DNA from: Cytophagales bacterium
Lineage (GTDB): Bacteria; Bacteroidota; Bacteroidia; Cytophagales; MED-G16
NCBI GenBank assembly: GCA_045568775.1
Contig: JBJLAJ010000011.1
Span: 59,239 to 123,238 of the forward strand
DNA length: 64,000 nt
Direction: 5' to 3'
Shown: piece by piece, positions 43,286 through 51,910 of the stretch
How the letters are laid out: each line of letters begins with the position of its first letter
How positions within the stretch are numbered: the stretch's first letter is position 1
The notes under the pieces: generated by a model
Seen by the model: the letters and a program-made list of their open reading frames with translations, nothing else
Told to the model about the DNA's origin: nothing
Database searches by the model: none
Position numbers and translations under genes: made by a program

Positions 43286-44029
43286 TTATATTAATAACTC
43301 AATACTACCAAACTCAAAATCTTTAATTTTATCATTAACCATAAGCGAAATCTTGCCATCATCTTTTACATCAACAATTTTACCTAAAAATCTTTTATTT
43401 AAAGATTTATAGTTTAGGAGTTCATTATAACCATATAATTTTTCCTTATACGATATTTTTTTTGCAGTATTTATTTCAAAATATTCCTTATTGAAGCTTG
43501 ATTTAAATAAACTTAAAATCTTACTCCTATCCATTTTTTTATTCACTTCTTTAAAAACTGAAGTGGCATTTATATCCCCAAAATGATTTTGATTAATATT
43601 AATACCAACTCCTATAACTGACCTTTTTATTTTCTTTTTAAAAATCTGACTCTCGATTAGAATACCACATATTTTTTTCTTATTGATATATATATCATTT
43701 GGCCATTTTATTTTGATATTACTAAGACCAATTTTTTTTAAAACATTATAAATTGATAATGAAGTTATGATATGAAGTAAAAATTGATCAGATAATTTTA
43801 TTTCAGGAAATAGAACAAAAGAGAAAAGAAGATTTTTCCCTCTTTTAGATTCCCATGAATTGTTTCTTTGGCCCTTACCTTTTGTTTGAAAATCAGCACG
43901 AACCATTGAGCCTTCTTTTATCTTATTTTTTAATAATAATTGTATTAAAAAGTCATTTGTTGAGAGACATTCTGTCACATAAACATTAGTTTTGTCTTCA
44001 AATAGATTTTTGGCAGGTTTTTTGCTCAT
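43286..44029 (-). CDS. birA: biotin--[acetyl-CoA-carboxylase] ligase (no DNA-binding domain)
   Basis: 247 aa. Contains QTKGKGQRNNSWES, KWPNDIYINKKKICGILIE and GVGININ. Confidence 0.88.
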   Translation of the reverse strand: MSKKPAKNLFEDKTNVYVTECLSTNDFLIQLLLKNKIKEGSMVRADFQTKGKGQRNNSWESKRGKNLLFSFVLFPEIKLSDQFLLHIITSLSIYNVLKKIGLSNIKIKWPNDIYINKKKICGILIESQIFKKKIKRSVIGVGININQNHFGDINATSVFKEVNKKMDRSKILSLFKSSFNKEYFEINTAKKISYKEKLYGYNELLNYKSLNKRFLGKIVDVKDDGKISLMVNDKIKDFEFGSIELLI

Positions 44030-44057
44030 ATAATTATATAATATTTAGCAATATATA

Positions 44058-44432
44058 TTGAAATTAAATCAAAATATAAATTCAAGTAGACTTAGCTCTT
44101 ACATCGCCGATTGTATGGAAAACAAAAAGGCAGAGGATATAAGAATAATTGATTTAAAAAAAATTAAAAACTCAGTTACTGATTATTTCGTTTTAGCTAC
44201 GGGTAACTCTAACACACATGTTGATTCAATTGCAGATGGAATTGAAGCTGATGTTTATAAAAAATACAAAGAGAGACCTTGGAAAAAAGAAGGTAAAGTT
44301 AATAGTGAATGGGTGCTAATTGATTTTGTAAATGTTGTTGCTCATGTATTTGATGAGGAGAAAAGAAATTTATATAACTTAGAAACATTATGGGGAGATG
44401 GAATAATTAAAGATTTTAAATCAAAAAAATGA
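44058..44432 (+). CDS. rsfS: ribosome silencing factor RsfS
   Basis: 124 aa with a TTG start. Contains [29 protein letters not shown] and [15 protein letters not shown]. Confidence 0.9.
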   Translation: MKLNQNINSSRLSSYIADCMENKKAEDIRIIDLKKIKNSVTDYFVLATGNSNTHVDSIADGIEADVYKKYKERPWKKEGKVNSEWVLIDFVNVVAHVFDEEKRNLYNLETLWGDGIIKDFKSKK

Positions 44433-46423
44433 AAAAAAATTCTAATAATAAACTAATTAATAACAACTTCAATAACCAGATATGGGTTGTATTTTTAATT
44501 TCTATATTCATCTATCTTTCTTTTAGTTTTTTTTCCACAAATCCTATCACTATCGATTATAATCGATTCCAAAAAATGATTAGGAGCCATGATATATCAA
44601 AAATAGTAGTAATAAAAAATCAAGAAATAATTGAAATATCATTAAAAGAAGAAGCTCTACTTAATTCAGCTTATAAAGATGAGTTAGAGTCTTCTAGTTT
44701 ACTTAATAATACATATGGCCCTCATTATAGGCTTGAAGTTTCATCAATAGAATCTTTTGAAAAAAGATATGATGACCTAATTAGTTCACTTGGAAAAGAA
44801 AATACATATGAAATAGAATATTTAACCGAAAAAAGAACAGACATATATTCTTTTTTACAGACTTGGGGTTTTACAATATTAATTCTAATTGGTTTTTGGT
44901 TCTTACTAAGAAGGATGTCTACAGGAGGAGGCCCAGGAGGTCAAATTTTTAATATTAGTAAGTCAAAAGCTTCGTTATTTGATAAAGAAAGTAAAATAAA
45001 ATTATCTTTTAAAGATGTAGCAGGATTAGACGAGGCTAAGGAAGAAGTTAAAGAAATAGTAGAATTCTTAAAAAATCCTAAAAAATTTACAAAATTAGGT
45101 GGGAAAATTCCTAAGGGAGCTATACTTGTTGGATCACCAGGCACTGGAAAAACACTATTAGCTAAAGCCGTTGCAGGTGAAGCACATGTTCCTTTTTATT
45201 CCTTATCTGGATCTGATTTTGTTGAAATGTTTGTTGGTGTTGGTGCTGCTAGAGTAAGAGACTTATTTAAAAAAGCAAAAGAAAAAGCTCCTTGTATTGT
45301 GTTTATTGATGAAATTGATGCAATAGGTAGAAGCAGAGGAAGAGGCCAAATGCCAGGTTCAAATGACGAAAGAGAAAATACACTTAACTCATTATTAGTT
45401 GAGATGGATGGATTTTCAACTGACTCTGGAGTTATTATTTTAGCTGCGACAAATAGGCCAGATGTTTTAGATTCCGCATTACTTAGACCTGGAAGATTTG
45501 ACAGACAAATTTCAATAGATAAACCTGACCTCAAGGGAAGAGAAGAAATTTTTAAAGTTCATGTGAGACCTTTAAAATTAAATACTGATGTAAATGTTAA
45601 GAATTTAGCAGCTCAGACTCCGGGATTCGCTGGAGCAGAAATTGCAAATGTATGTAATGAATCTGCATTAATTGCTGCAAGAAAGGATAAAACATCTATA
45701 GAAATGTCAGATTTTCAAGACGCAATTGATAGAGTTATTGGTGGCCTAGAAAAGAAAAATAAAATTATATCACCAGAAGAAAAGAAAATAGTTGCATACC
45801 ATGAGGCTGGCCATGCTGTAGCAGGTTGGTATCTAGAACACGCTGACCCATTAGTGAAAGTTAGTATTGTACCAAGAGGAATAGCTGCTCTTGGTTATGC
45901 TCAATACCTTCCTAAAGAACAATATCTCTATCAAACCGACCAGTTATTAGACGATATGTGTATGGCACTAGGAGGAAGGGCAGCTGAAGAAATAGTTTTT
46001 GGTAAGATATCCACTGGAGCATTAAGTGACTTGGAAAGAATAACTAAATTGGCATACAGTATTGTTTCCGTTTATGGAATGAATAAAAATATAGGTAACA
46101 TTTCATTTTTTGATTCTAAACAGTCTGACTATAATTTTACTAAACCATACTCTGATTCTACAGCTGAAAAGATTGATTCTGAAGTCAAAAGAATTGTTGA
46201 CAACGCATACGAAAGAACAAAGAATTTACTATTAGAGAAGAAAGAGCAGTTAGAGAAAATAGCAAAAAAACTTCTTGAAAAAGAAATCTTATTTCAAAAT
46301 GATCTTGAGGAACTCATTGGTAAAAGACCATTTAAAAGTACTTTAGAAATAGAGAAAGAAGTTGATAATAATGATATTAAAGGAAATGAAACTGATCAAC
46401 CTTCAATTAAAGAAGAAGAATAA
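44429..46423 (+). CDS. ftsH: ATP-dependent zinc metalloprotease FtsH
   Basis: 664 aa. Walker [14 protein letters not shown], Walker [31 protein letters not shown], Zn site HEAGHAV. Confidence 0.98.
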   Translation: MKKNSNNKLINNNFNNQIWVVFLISIFIYLSFSFFSTNPITIDYNRFQKMIRSHDISKIVVIKNQEIIEISLKEEALLNSAYKDELESSSLLNNTYGPHYRLEVSSIESFEKRYDDLISSLGKENTYEIEYLTEKRTDIYSFLQTWGFTILILIGFWFLLRRMSTGGGPGGQIFNISKSKASLFDKESKIKLSFKDVAGLDEAKEEVKEIVEFLKNPKKFTKLGGKIPKGAILVGSPGTGKTLLAKAVAGEAHVPFYSLSGSDFVEMFVGVGAARVRDLFKKAKEKAPCIVFIDEIDAIGRSRGRGQMPGSNDERENTLNSLLVEMDGFSTDSGVIILAATNRPDVLDSALLRPGRFDRQISIDKPDLKGREEIFKVHVRPLKLNTDVNVKNLAAQTPGFAGAEIANVCNESALIAARKDKTSIEMSDFQDAIDRVIGGLEKKNKIISPEEKKIVAYHEAGHAVAGWYLEHADPLVKVSIVPRGIAALGYAQYLPKEQYLYQTDQLLDDMCMALGGRAAEEIVFGKISTGALSDLERITKLAYSIVSVYGMNKNIGNISFFDSKQSDYNFTKPYSDSTAEKIDSEVKRIVDNAYERTKNLLLEKKEQLEKIAKKLLEKEILFQNDLEELIGKRPFKSTLEIEKEVDNNDIKGNETDQPSIKEEE

Positions 46424-47141
46424 AGCATATTTTGCTGGTGACTTTCATCTAGGAAGACCTAATAAAGAATCATCATCTAATAGAGAAAAAAAAATAATTT
46501 CCTGGTTAAATAATATTAGTAAAGACGCTCAAGAAGTTTTTCTGATGGGAGATGTTTTTGATTTTTGGTTTGAATATAGAAATGTCATCCCTAAAGAGAA
46601 TTTAAGATTTCTTTCTACTATTTCTAGATTAATAGATCAAGGAGTTAATTTTCATTATTTTTTAGGTAATCGTGATATGTGGGTTCTGAACTACTTTCAA
46701 GAACTTGGAATAAAAGTGTACGATAAACCTCAAAAATTTCTTTTAAATAAAAAAAACATTCTTGTAGGCCATGGTGATGGAATAGGGAAAGGTGATTTAG
46801 GCTTTAAATTTCTAAAGTTAATTTTTAAAAATAAAATCTGTCAATTTTTATTCAGATGGATTCACCCTGACATTGGAATACCTCTCGGAAAATTTCTCTC
46901 AGGTTCAAAAAAAATGATGAATATTTCAGAAAACGCAAAACAAAATGATAAAAGAATTATAGATTATTGCATAAAATATAGAAAAGAAAATAACATTGAT
47001 GTCTTTGTTTTTGGTCATAGTCATGTCAGAACTAAGAAAAAACTATCTGAAGGTTGTTATTATTTTAATTGTGGAGAATGGATGACAGGTTCGCCTTACC
47101 TTGAATCTGATGGAAAAAATTTTGAACTGAAGTCGAGCTAA
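46386..47141 (+). CDS. lpxH: UDP-2,3-diacylglucosamine diphosphatase
   Basis: Metallophosphoesterase motifs [25 protein letters not shown] and GHSH. The track starts at TTG 46362. I prefer ATG 46386 (ATG 46371 is also possible). All candidates overlap the ftsH end, so the start is uncertain. Confidence 0.8.
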   Translation: MKLINLQLKKKNKAYFAGDFHLGRPNKESSSNREKKIISWLNNISKDAQEVFLMGDVFDFWFEYRNVIPKENLRFLSTISRLIDQGVNFHYFLGNRDMWVLNYFQELGIKVYDKPQKFLLNKKNILVGHGDGIGKGDLGFKFLKLIFKNKICQFLFRWIHPDIGIPLGKFLSGSKKMMNISENAKQNDKRIIDYCIKYRKENNIDVFVFGHSHVRTKKKLSEGCYYFNCGEWMTGSPYLESDGKNFELKSS

Positions 47142-48118
47142 CCTATAGATTTTAAAAGTTCATTTCTTTGTTTCTCCCTCAATTCTATCTCAGCTAAATT
47201 ATTATTAGACATTATAAGTGATTTAAGTTCCTCATTTAGATCTTTAAAATTATTTAATTGATTAGGAGTAAATGAGATGTCTAATTTTGAAATATTATTT
47301 TCCAGATCATAACCTAGTTTAGTTAAAATATTGTTATTGATTGACTCAAAAATTAACAGTTCCTTTTCGCTCAATTCTTTTTTGAACTTTTCTTTATTAT
47401 TCCTAATTAACGGCTTTGATAAATTCTCCCATAATCCACCAGAATCTGAAGCTTTCTTAGATTCATTAGATAAATAAAAGTTTAAAAAATCTTTATTATA
47501 CTTAATATCATACTTTATACAAAGATTATTTAGAACCATAGCTGGATCTTCAAGTAAGTCCTCATACTTCACAGAAAAAAAATTTTCAATAGGTGTATTT
47601 TTTTTAATATTATCACAAATAACCTGATCAGAATACCATTTTTTTGCAAGAAAATATATGTGCTTATCACCAATTGGAGCTTTTTTAAAAGAAGAAGCAA
47701 CATCTCTCCCGTCTCTATATATATATATATAAATAGGATTCAAATTTTGAAATTCTTTGATATTATAGAACTTAAAGTTTTGGAGACTTTTACAGCACCA
47801 AAAAGTGGGATTATTATATGTATATATTGCCCTAAATATTTCAAAAAGGTTCCTGTTCTCAATAGAGCTTAAGATTCTTTCAGGAGTTGGTAAATCGCTC
47901 CATTTAATTGGATTATTTTTGATCCATATCAACATATCATCAATCAATCTTTGTGTGTTTTTCCTATTATCTAGATTATTGTATTTATCTATCAAAGGAT
48001 AAAATGTATTAAGTAAATGGGGAGGATGAGGAGCAAAAACATTTTCAAACTCATTTAGCATCAATCTAAACAAATTAGATCCAGATCTTTGAGTTCCAAT
48101 TATTTGAAAAAATTTCAT
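47138..48118 (-). CDS. sulfotransferase family protein (PAPS-type fold)
   Basis: 326 aa with no signal peptide. 5'-PSB-like loop IIGTQRSGSNL and 3'-PB-like YRDGRDVASSF. Its stop overlaps the convergent lpxH stop (CTAA). Confidence 0.8.
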   Translation of the reverse strand: MKFFQIIGTQRSGSNLFRLMLNEFENVFAPHPPHLLNTFYPLIDKYNNLDNRKNTQRLIDDMLIWIKNNPIKWSDLPTPERILSSIENRNLFEIFRAIYTYNNPTFWCCKSLQNFKFYNIKEFQNLNPIYIYIYRDGRDVASSFKKAPIGDKHIYFLAKKWYSDQVICDNIKKNTPIENFFSVKYEDLLEDPAMVLNNLCIKYDIKYNKDFLNFYLSNESKKASDSGGLWENLSKPLIRNNKEKFKKELSEKELLIFESINNNILTKLGYDLENNISKLDISFTPNQLNNFKDLNEELKSLIMSNNNLAEIELREKQRNELLKSIG

Positions 48119-48121
48119 TGA

Positions 48122-49291
48122 TTATATTTCTAAAAAGTATCCTAAGAGTCCAAAAGTTAAAATTAAAAACAATGGGTGGATTTTAGTTTTATTTAAAATA
48201 ATAAAAGAAAATATACATATAGAAATACTTAAAACATTAAAAGATTCTAATTGTTTAAACATAATTATATAACCAGAATAATATATTAATCCTATTATAC
48301 CAATTTTAAACCCTTTAATAATGAGTTTCACAGTATTATTTTTTTTCACGAAGTAATACACCCTAGAAAAAAAAATAATTACAACAGAAGAGGGCAAGAA
48401 TATAGAAAGTGTTGAAATAAAAGCTCCTGTTATTCCATTAATCTTATATCCGATAAAAGTTGCTGTTATTAAAATAGGGCCTGGAGTTATTTGACCCATA
48501 GCGATAGAGTCAATAAATTCTCTTTTTGTAAGCCATCCAATTTGTTCAACAATAATTTTATCGAGATAGGGTATAAACACATATCCTCCCCCAAATAATG
48601 TGAGAGAGATATTAGCAAAAACTTTTGAAAGATTAAAATTAAGGGAATTAATAGGTGCATTATTCAAAAAAACAAATAGTAGAATCATAATTAATGAAGC
48701 AATAACAATTCCCTTTATCCTTATAAATGCTTTCTTGGGGTTAGTAATTTTTTTTATTTTATCTCCATTATAAAGTAAGTTAAGACCACCGCATATCAGC
48801 AATGGCAAAATGATTGAAATATAGCCTTTTATTAATGAGGTCAGAGCAAAACTTAAGATTACAAGTAGAAGTGAAAATATTTTGTCTTTTGAGTCTTTAT
48901 AAAACCCAAATCCAACAGAAAAAATAACTGCTGAAACAACAGGCATTACTCCATCAAAGAATGATGAGAAACCAGGAATATTTCTAGAGTTTAGATATAG
49001 ATGTGAAAATATCACCATTATAATAAATGAAGGAAGTAAAACTCCAATAAATGATATAACAGCTCCTTTCCATCCTCTAATTAGAAACCCAATATAAGAC
49101 GCAACATTTATAGCCATTGGGCCAGGCAGAAAACTTGCCATTGTAATTGCATCTAATATTTTTTTTTTGCTTAAAATTTTTTTTCTGACAGAGAACTCAT
49201 GTTGAATCATAGCTATCAACATCATATAACCACCGAAAGATATTGTCCCTGTTTTTAAAAAAGTAAAGAATAATTTAAAATAACTCATCAA
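48122..49291 (-). CDS. chrA: CHR-family (chromate ion transporter-like) membrane protein
   Basis: 389 aa, duplicated-domain polytopic protein. Contains FLKTGTISFGGYMMLIAMIQHE and, in the second half, SLTLFGGGYVFIPYLDKIIVEQ...GQITPGPI. Confidence 0.8.
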   Translation of the reverse strand: MMSYFKLFFTFLKTGTISFGGYMMLIAMIQHEFSVRKKILSKKKILDAITMASFLPGPMAINVASYIGFLIRGWKGAVISFIGVLLPSFIIMVIFSHLYLNSRNIPGFSSFFDGVMPVVSAVIFSVGFGFYKDSKDKIFSLLLVILSFALTSLIKGYISIILPLLICGGLNLLYNGDKIKKITNPKKAFIRIKGIVIASLIMILLFVFLNNAPINSLNFNLSKVFANISLTLFGGGYVFIPYLDKIIVEQIGWLTKREFIDSIAMGQITPGPILITATFIGYKINGITGAFISTLSIFLPSSVVIIFFSRVYYFVKKNNTVKLIIKGFKIGIIGLIYYSGYIIMFKQLESFNVLSISICIFSFIILNKTKIHPLFLILTFGLLGYFLEI

Positions 49292-49329
49292 AATCTTTTT
49301 GAAGCTCTAAACAATACCTAGAATTAAAT

Positions 49330-50643
49330 TTACAATAACTTTTTATTGTCAATATAATATACTCTATAAAATGAATGATCACTTGATAAATTCCATAAAA
49401 TTTTTCCTGAAATATCAGATATTATTGTTTTATTATTTACTGAACTTGAAAAAAGATAATTTTCATCATCAATTAAGTAAACACTACCCTGCTTGAAAGT
49501 AAATAAGTTATCTGGAAGGAACACACTCTTTTCATGATTAAATTTTTTATTTATCTCATCTAAAGAGAAAACAAGAGCTCGTGATGACTTCCTATATTCT
49601 GACGACCCATTATCAAAGAGCATATATTGACTTTTGTTAACCTTATGTATTGCATGTTGTTGATAGAAAACATCTTTATTATCTAAATTAAAATCACCTC
49701 CTTTTCCTAGTCTCCACATTACATCTCCACTAATAGAATTAATTTTCCAAATTTGATCAAAATTTCTAAATGAAATAAGATAATTCCCATCAGAATCTAT
49801 ATCAATTCCATTTCCATGACTCCAATCATCACGGATTAAATATTGTTCTCTATCCGGTTCTATATGATCAAAAATATTCCATCTCCATATTTTCTCGCCA
49901 TTTTCATCATATACAACAATCCCATCACCCATTAAGGAATCAATTCCATTTTTATAATAATTATAGTATTCATATGTAAGGCCAACAAAATATGATTTTT
50001 TGTTTTCACTAAATTTTAAAATATCATGGTGAAAACTATGTGAGTTAGAAATTTTTGAAAATAATGTGTCACCTTCAAAGCTTACTTCATTAATAATATT
50101 TCTCTTTGATAAGGAAATATAAGTGTTTTTTAATCCTATATTAAATGGTCTAGATAAGACTGAATCACTAATACTATACCATACAATTTCGCCATCATCA
50201 TCCATCATAAACTGAATACCAGGATCTTCTTGAGTTCTAAACAAAAGAAAACCATCAAAAGAAAATGAAGAGTCTTTTACTAAATCAAAAGAAGGAAAAA
50301 CATTTGGTAGACTTCTTGTCTTAAATGAATATAAAATAGAAGAATTAATATTTTCTGATTTTGAAAATTCATTTATTTTAAACAAATAATTGGATGATGG
50401 TTTTAGATAAGGTAATACTATATCAAAAGAATCTCCCTGATAAGTCAAAGAGGAAATAACCTCATTTTGATCTAACCAATATGAGATGTTTGTTGATGTA
50501 TTAAAATCTGTTTTAAAGTTCACATGATATTTTGAATGATTGTAACCTGGTAAATCAACTGAGACCTGACTGAAATTATTTTTTTTAGAGCAAGATATTA
50601 CTAGAAATAAAATAAGAAATGAATAGTTTTTAGAAATCATCAT
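49330..50643 (-). CDS. arylsulfotransferase (ASST) family lipoprotein
   Basis: 437 aa. Lipobox LFLVISC-SKKNN. N-terminal beta-sandwich followed by propeller-type repeats. Contains the ASST-like stretch DWSHGNGIDIDSDGNYLISFRNFDQIWKINSISGDVMWRLG...QQHAIHKV...MLFDNGS. Confidence 0.7.
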   Translation of the reverse strand: MMISKNYSFLILFLVISCSKKNNFSQVSVDLPGYNHSKYHVNFKTDFNTSTNISYWLDQNEVISSLTYQGDSFDIVLPYLKPSSNYLFKINEFSKSENINSSILYSFKTRSLPNVFPSFDLVKDSSFSFDGFLLFRTQEDPGIQFMMDDDGEIVWYSISDSVLSRPFNIGLKNTYISLSKRNIINEVSFEGDTLFSKISNSHSFHHDILKFSENKKSYFVGLTYEYYNYYKNGIDSLMGDGIVVYDENGEKIWRWNIFDHIEPDREQYLIRDDWSHGNGIDIDSDGNYLISFRNFDQIWKINSISGDVMWRLGKGGDFNLDNKDVFYQQHAIHKVNKSQYMLFDNGSSEYRKSSRALVFSLDEINKKFNHEKSVFLPDNLFTFKQGSVYLIDDENYLFSSSVNNKTIISDISGKILWNLSSDHSFYRVYYIDNKKLL

Positions 50644-51910
50644 TTAAAATAATTTTAGTAGATCTTGCTGAGCCATCTTCAAAATGGATCAAAAGTAAAT
50701 GAATACCAACAGCTAAATTATTAAGTTTTAATATAATTTTTTTATGGTTATCATTAATATTCTTAGAAAAAATAATTTCACCTGATAAATTAAAGAATTC
50801 TATTCTATCAATATTTTTAGAAGTTTCGTTTAGTACAATTAAATTTCTATTTGGAGGTAAGGGATTAGGGTACACAGATACTATATTATCTATAAATTCA
50901 TTTCCTGCTACAATACTTTTCTCTTCAAATAAAAGTTGCCCCTTTGCAAAAGCGTCTTCACCTATATTCTTACCCATTATTCTGCCAGGGATATCATCGA
51001 TATAAGGATGAATTCCTCCCCAAATACGAGAAAGAGAACATTGATCAGCAGCATCTCTGTATGTTGCCCACTGTAATTTCATATCAACAGAGGGTCCTTT
51101 TTCAAAGACAAGAAAATTATTTTTAGGGATGATAAATTCTCCAATTCCACCTGGAAAGAATTCATTTCCAGTTAATTTTTCTAATATTATTGCAGCTGCA
51201 CTAGAGTATGTTGAATGCCCTGAAATATATCCTGCAAATGGAGGAGTAACAAAACTTGGTCTTTGATATGGCCACCAATTTTCTGCAAGTATCCACCCAA
51301 CTCCTTTCTCGACATCAGTAGAATCAGCTTCATTAAATCCTTTCCAAGTGAATAATTTAACTTTTCCTAAATTCTTATTATTATCTCCAACTAGAGGGTC
51401 ATTGATTGAAACCATTTCTATATATCCATCAATTAAAGGGAACCCATTTGGGCTGTAATTTGTTGAATCTTTATAAGTAGACTGCCCATTTTCAGATAAA
51501 TATCTGATAACAGAAATTGGCCTAGCATAATCATAATATCCTTTTGATCCCCACGCAGAAATTGCAGCATCATGCATAGCTCCACCCATTAAAAAATAAG
51601 ATTTTATATCCCAATCAAGTCTATCTAACTCTTGTCCTGTTCCCTTAAATTTTCTTATTAGATCATCATCATCATTTACTTCATTTAATATTACAAACCA
51701 ATGTCCAGGAGGTGTCTCGGAATCAGGTCCATCAGCCCAGAATTCAGCAAGAACTCTTGTGTAATCACCCCTTGGCACAATTTGTTCTGTGTATTTCTGG
51801 TTATTAAAGGGATTTATCTCATGTCCAAGACCTATATCTCCACCATCAAAATAATTATATAGATTATGATAGTCTAAAAAATCATTAGGGTAAGAAGTTA
51901 GAGTTTCCAA
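50630..51910 (-). CDS. vanadium-haloperoxidase-like PAP2 domain with T9SS C-terminal sorting domain (3' portion of a split gene)
   Basis: 426 aa, opening at a TTG with no signal peptide. Contains AEFWADGPDSETPPGHW and a complete PAP2 triad: K-x6-RP (KGYYDYARP), SGH (YISGHSTYS) and SR-x5-H-x3-D (SRIWGGIHPYIDD). Tail VSVYPNPLPPNRNL...LLLIHFEDG. Its N-terminal domain half lies in the upstream ORF. Confidence 0.8.
   Translation of the reverse strand: METLTSYPNDFLDYHNLYNYFDGGDIGLGHEINPFNNQKYTEQIVPRGDYTRVLAEFWADGPDSETPPGHWFVILNEVNDDDDLIRKFKGTGQELDRLDWDIKSYFLMGGAMHDAAISAWGSKGYYDYARPISVIRYLSENGQSTYKDSTNYSPNGFPLIDGYIEMVSINDPLVGDNNKNLGKVKLFTWKGFNEADSTDVEKGVGWILAENWWPYQRPSFVTPPFAGYISGHSTYSSAAAIILEKLTGNEFFPGGIGEFIIPKNNFLVFEKGPSVDMKLQWATYRDAADQCSLSRIWGGIHPYIDDIPGRIMGKNIGEDAFAKGQLLFEEKSIVAGNEFIDNIVSVYPNPLPPNRNLIVLNETSKNIDRIEFFNLSGEIIFSKNINDNHKKIILKLNNLAVGIHLLLIHFEDGSARSTKIILNDDF

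Noticed and set aside
46362-46385. TTG start at 46362 for lpxH, giving a 62-nt overlap with ftsH
   Set aside because: The extra residues (MIIMILKE) are not part of the conserved LpxH N-terminus. A downstream ATG (46386 or 46371) is more plausible, though still overlapping.
48122-49291. ChrA as part of a chromate-resistance island
   Set aside because: No chrB, chrR, chrF or mobile-element context. The gene is embedded between sulfotransferases in a chromosomal block, so a resistance-island interpretation is not supported.
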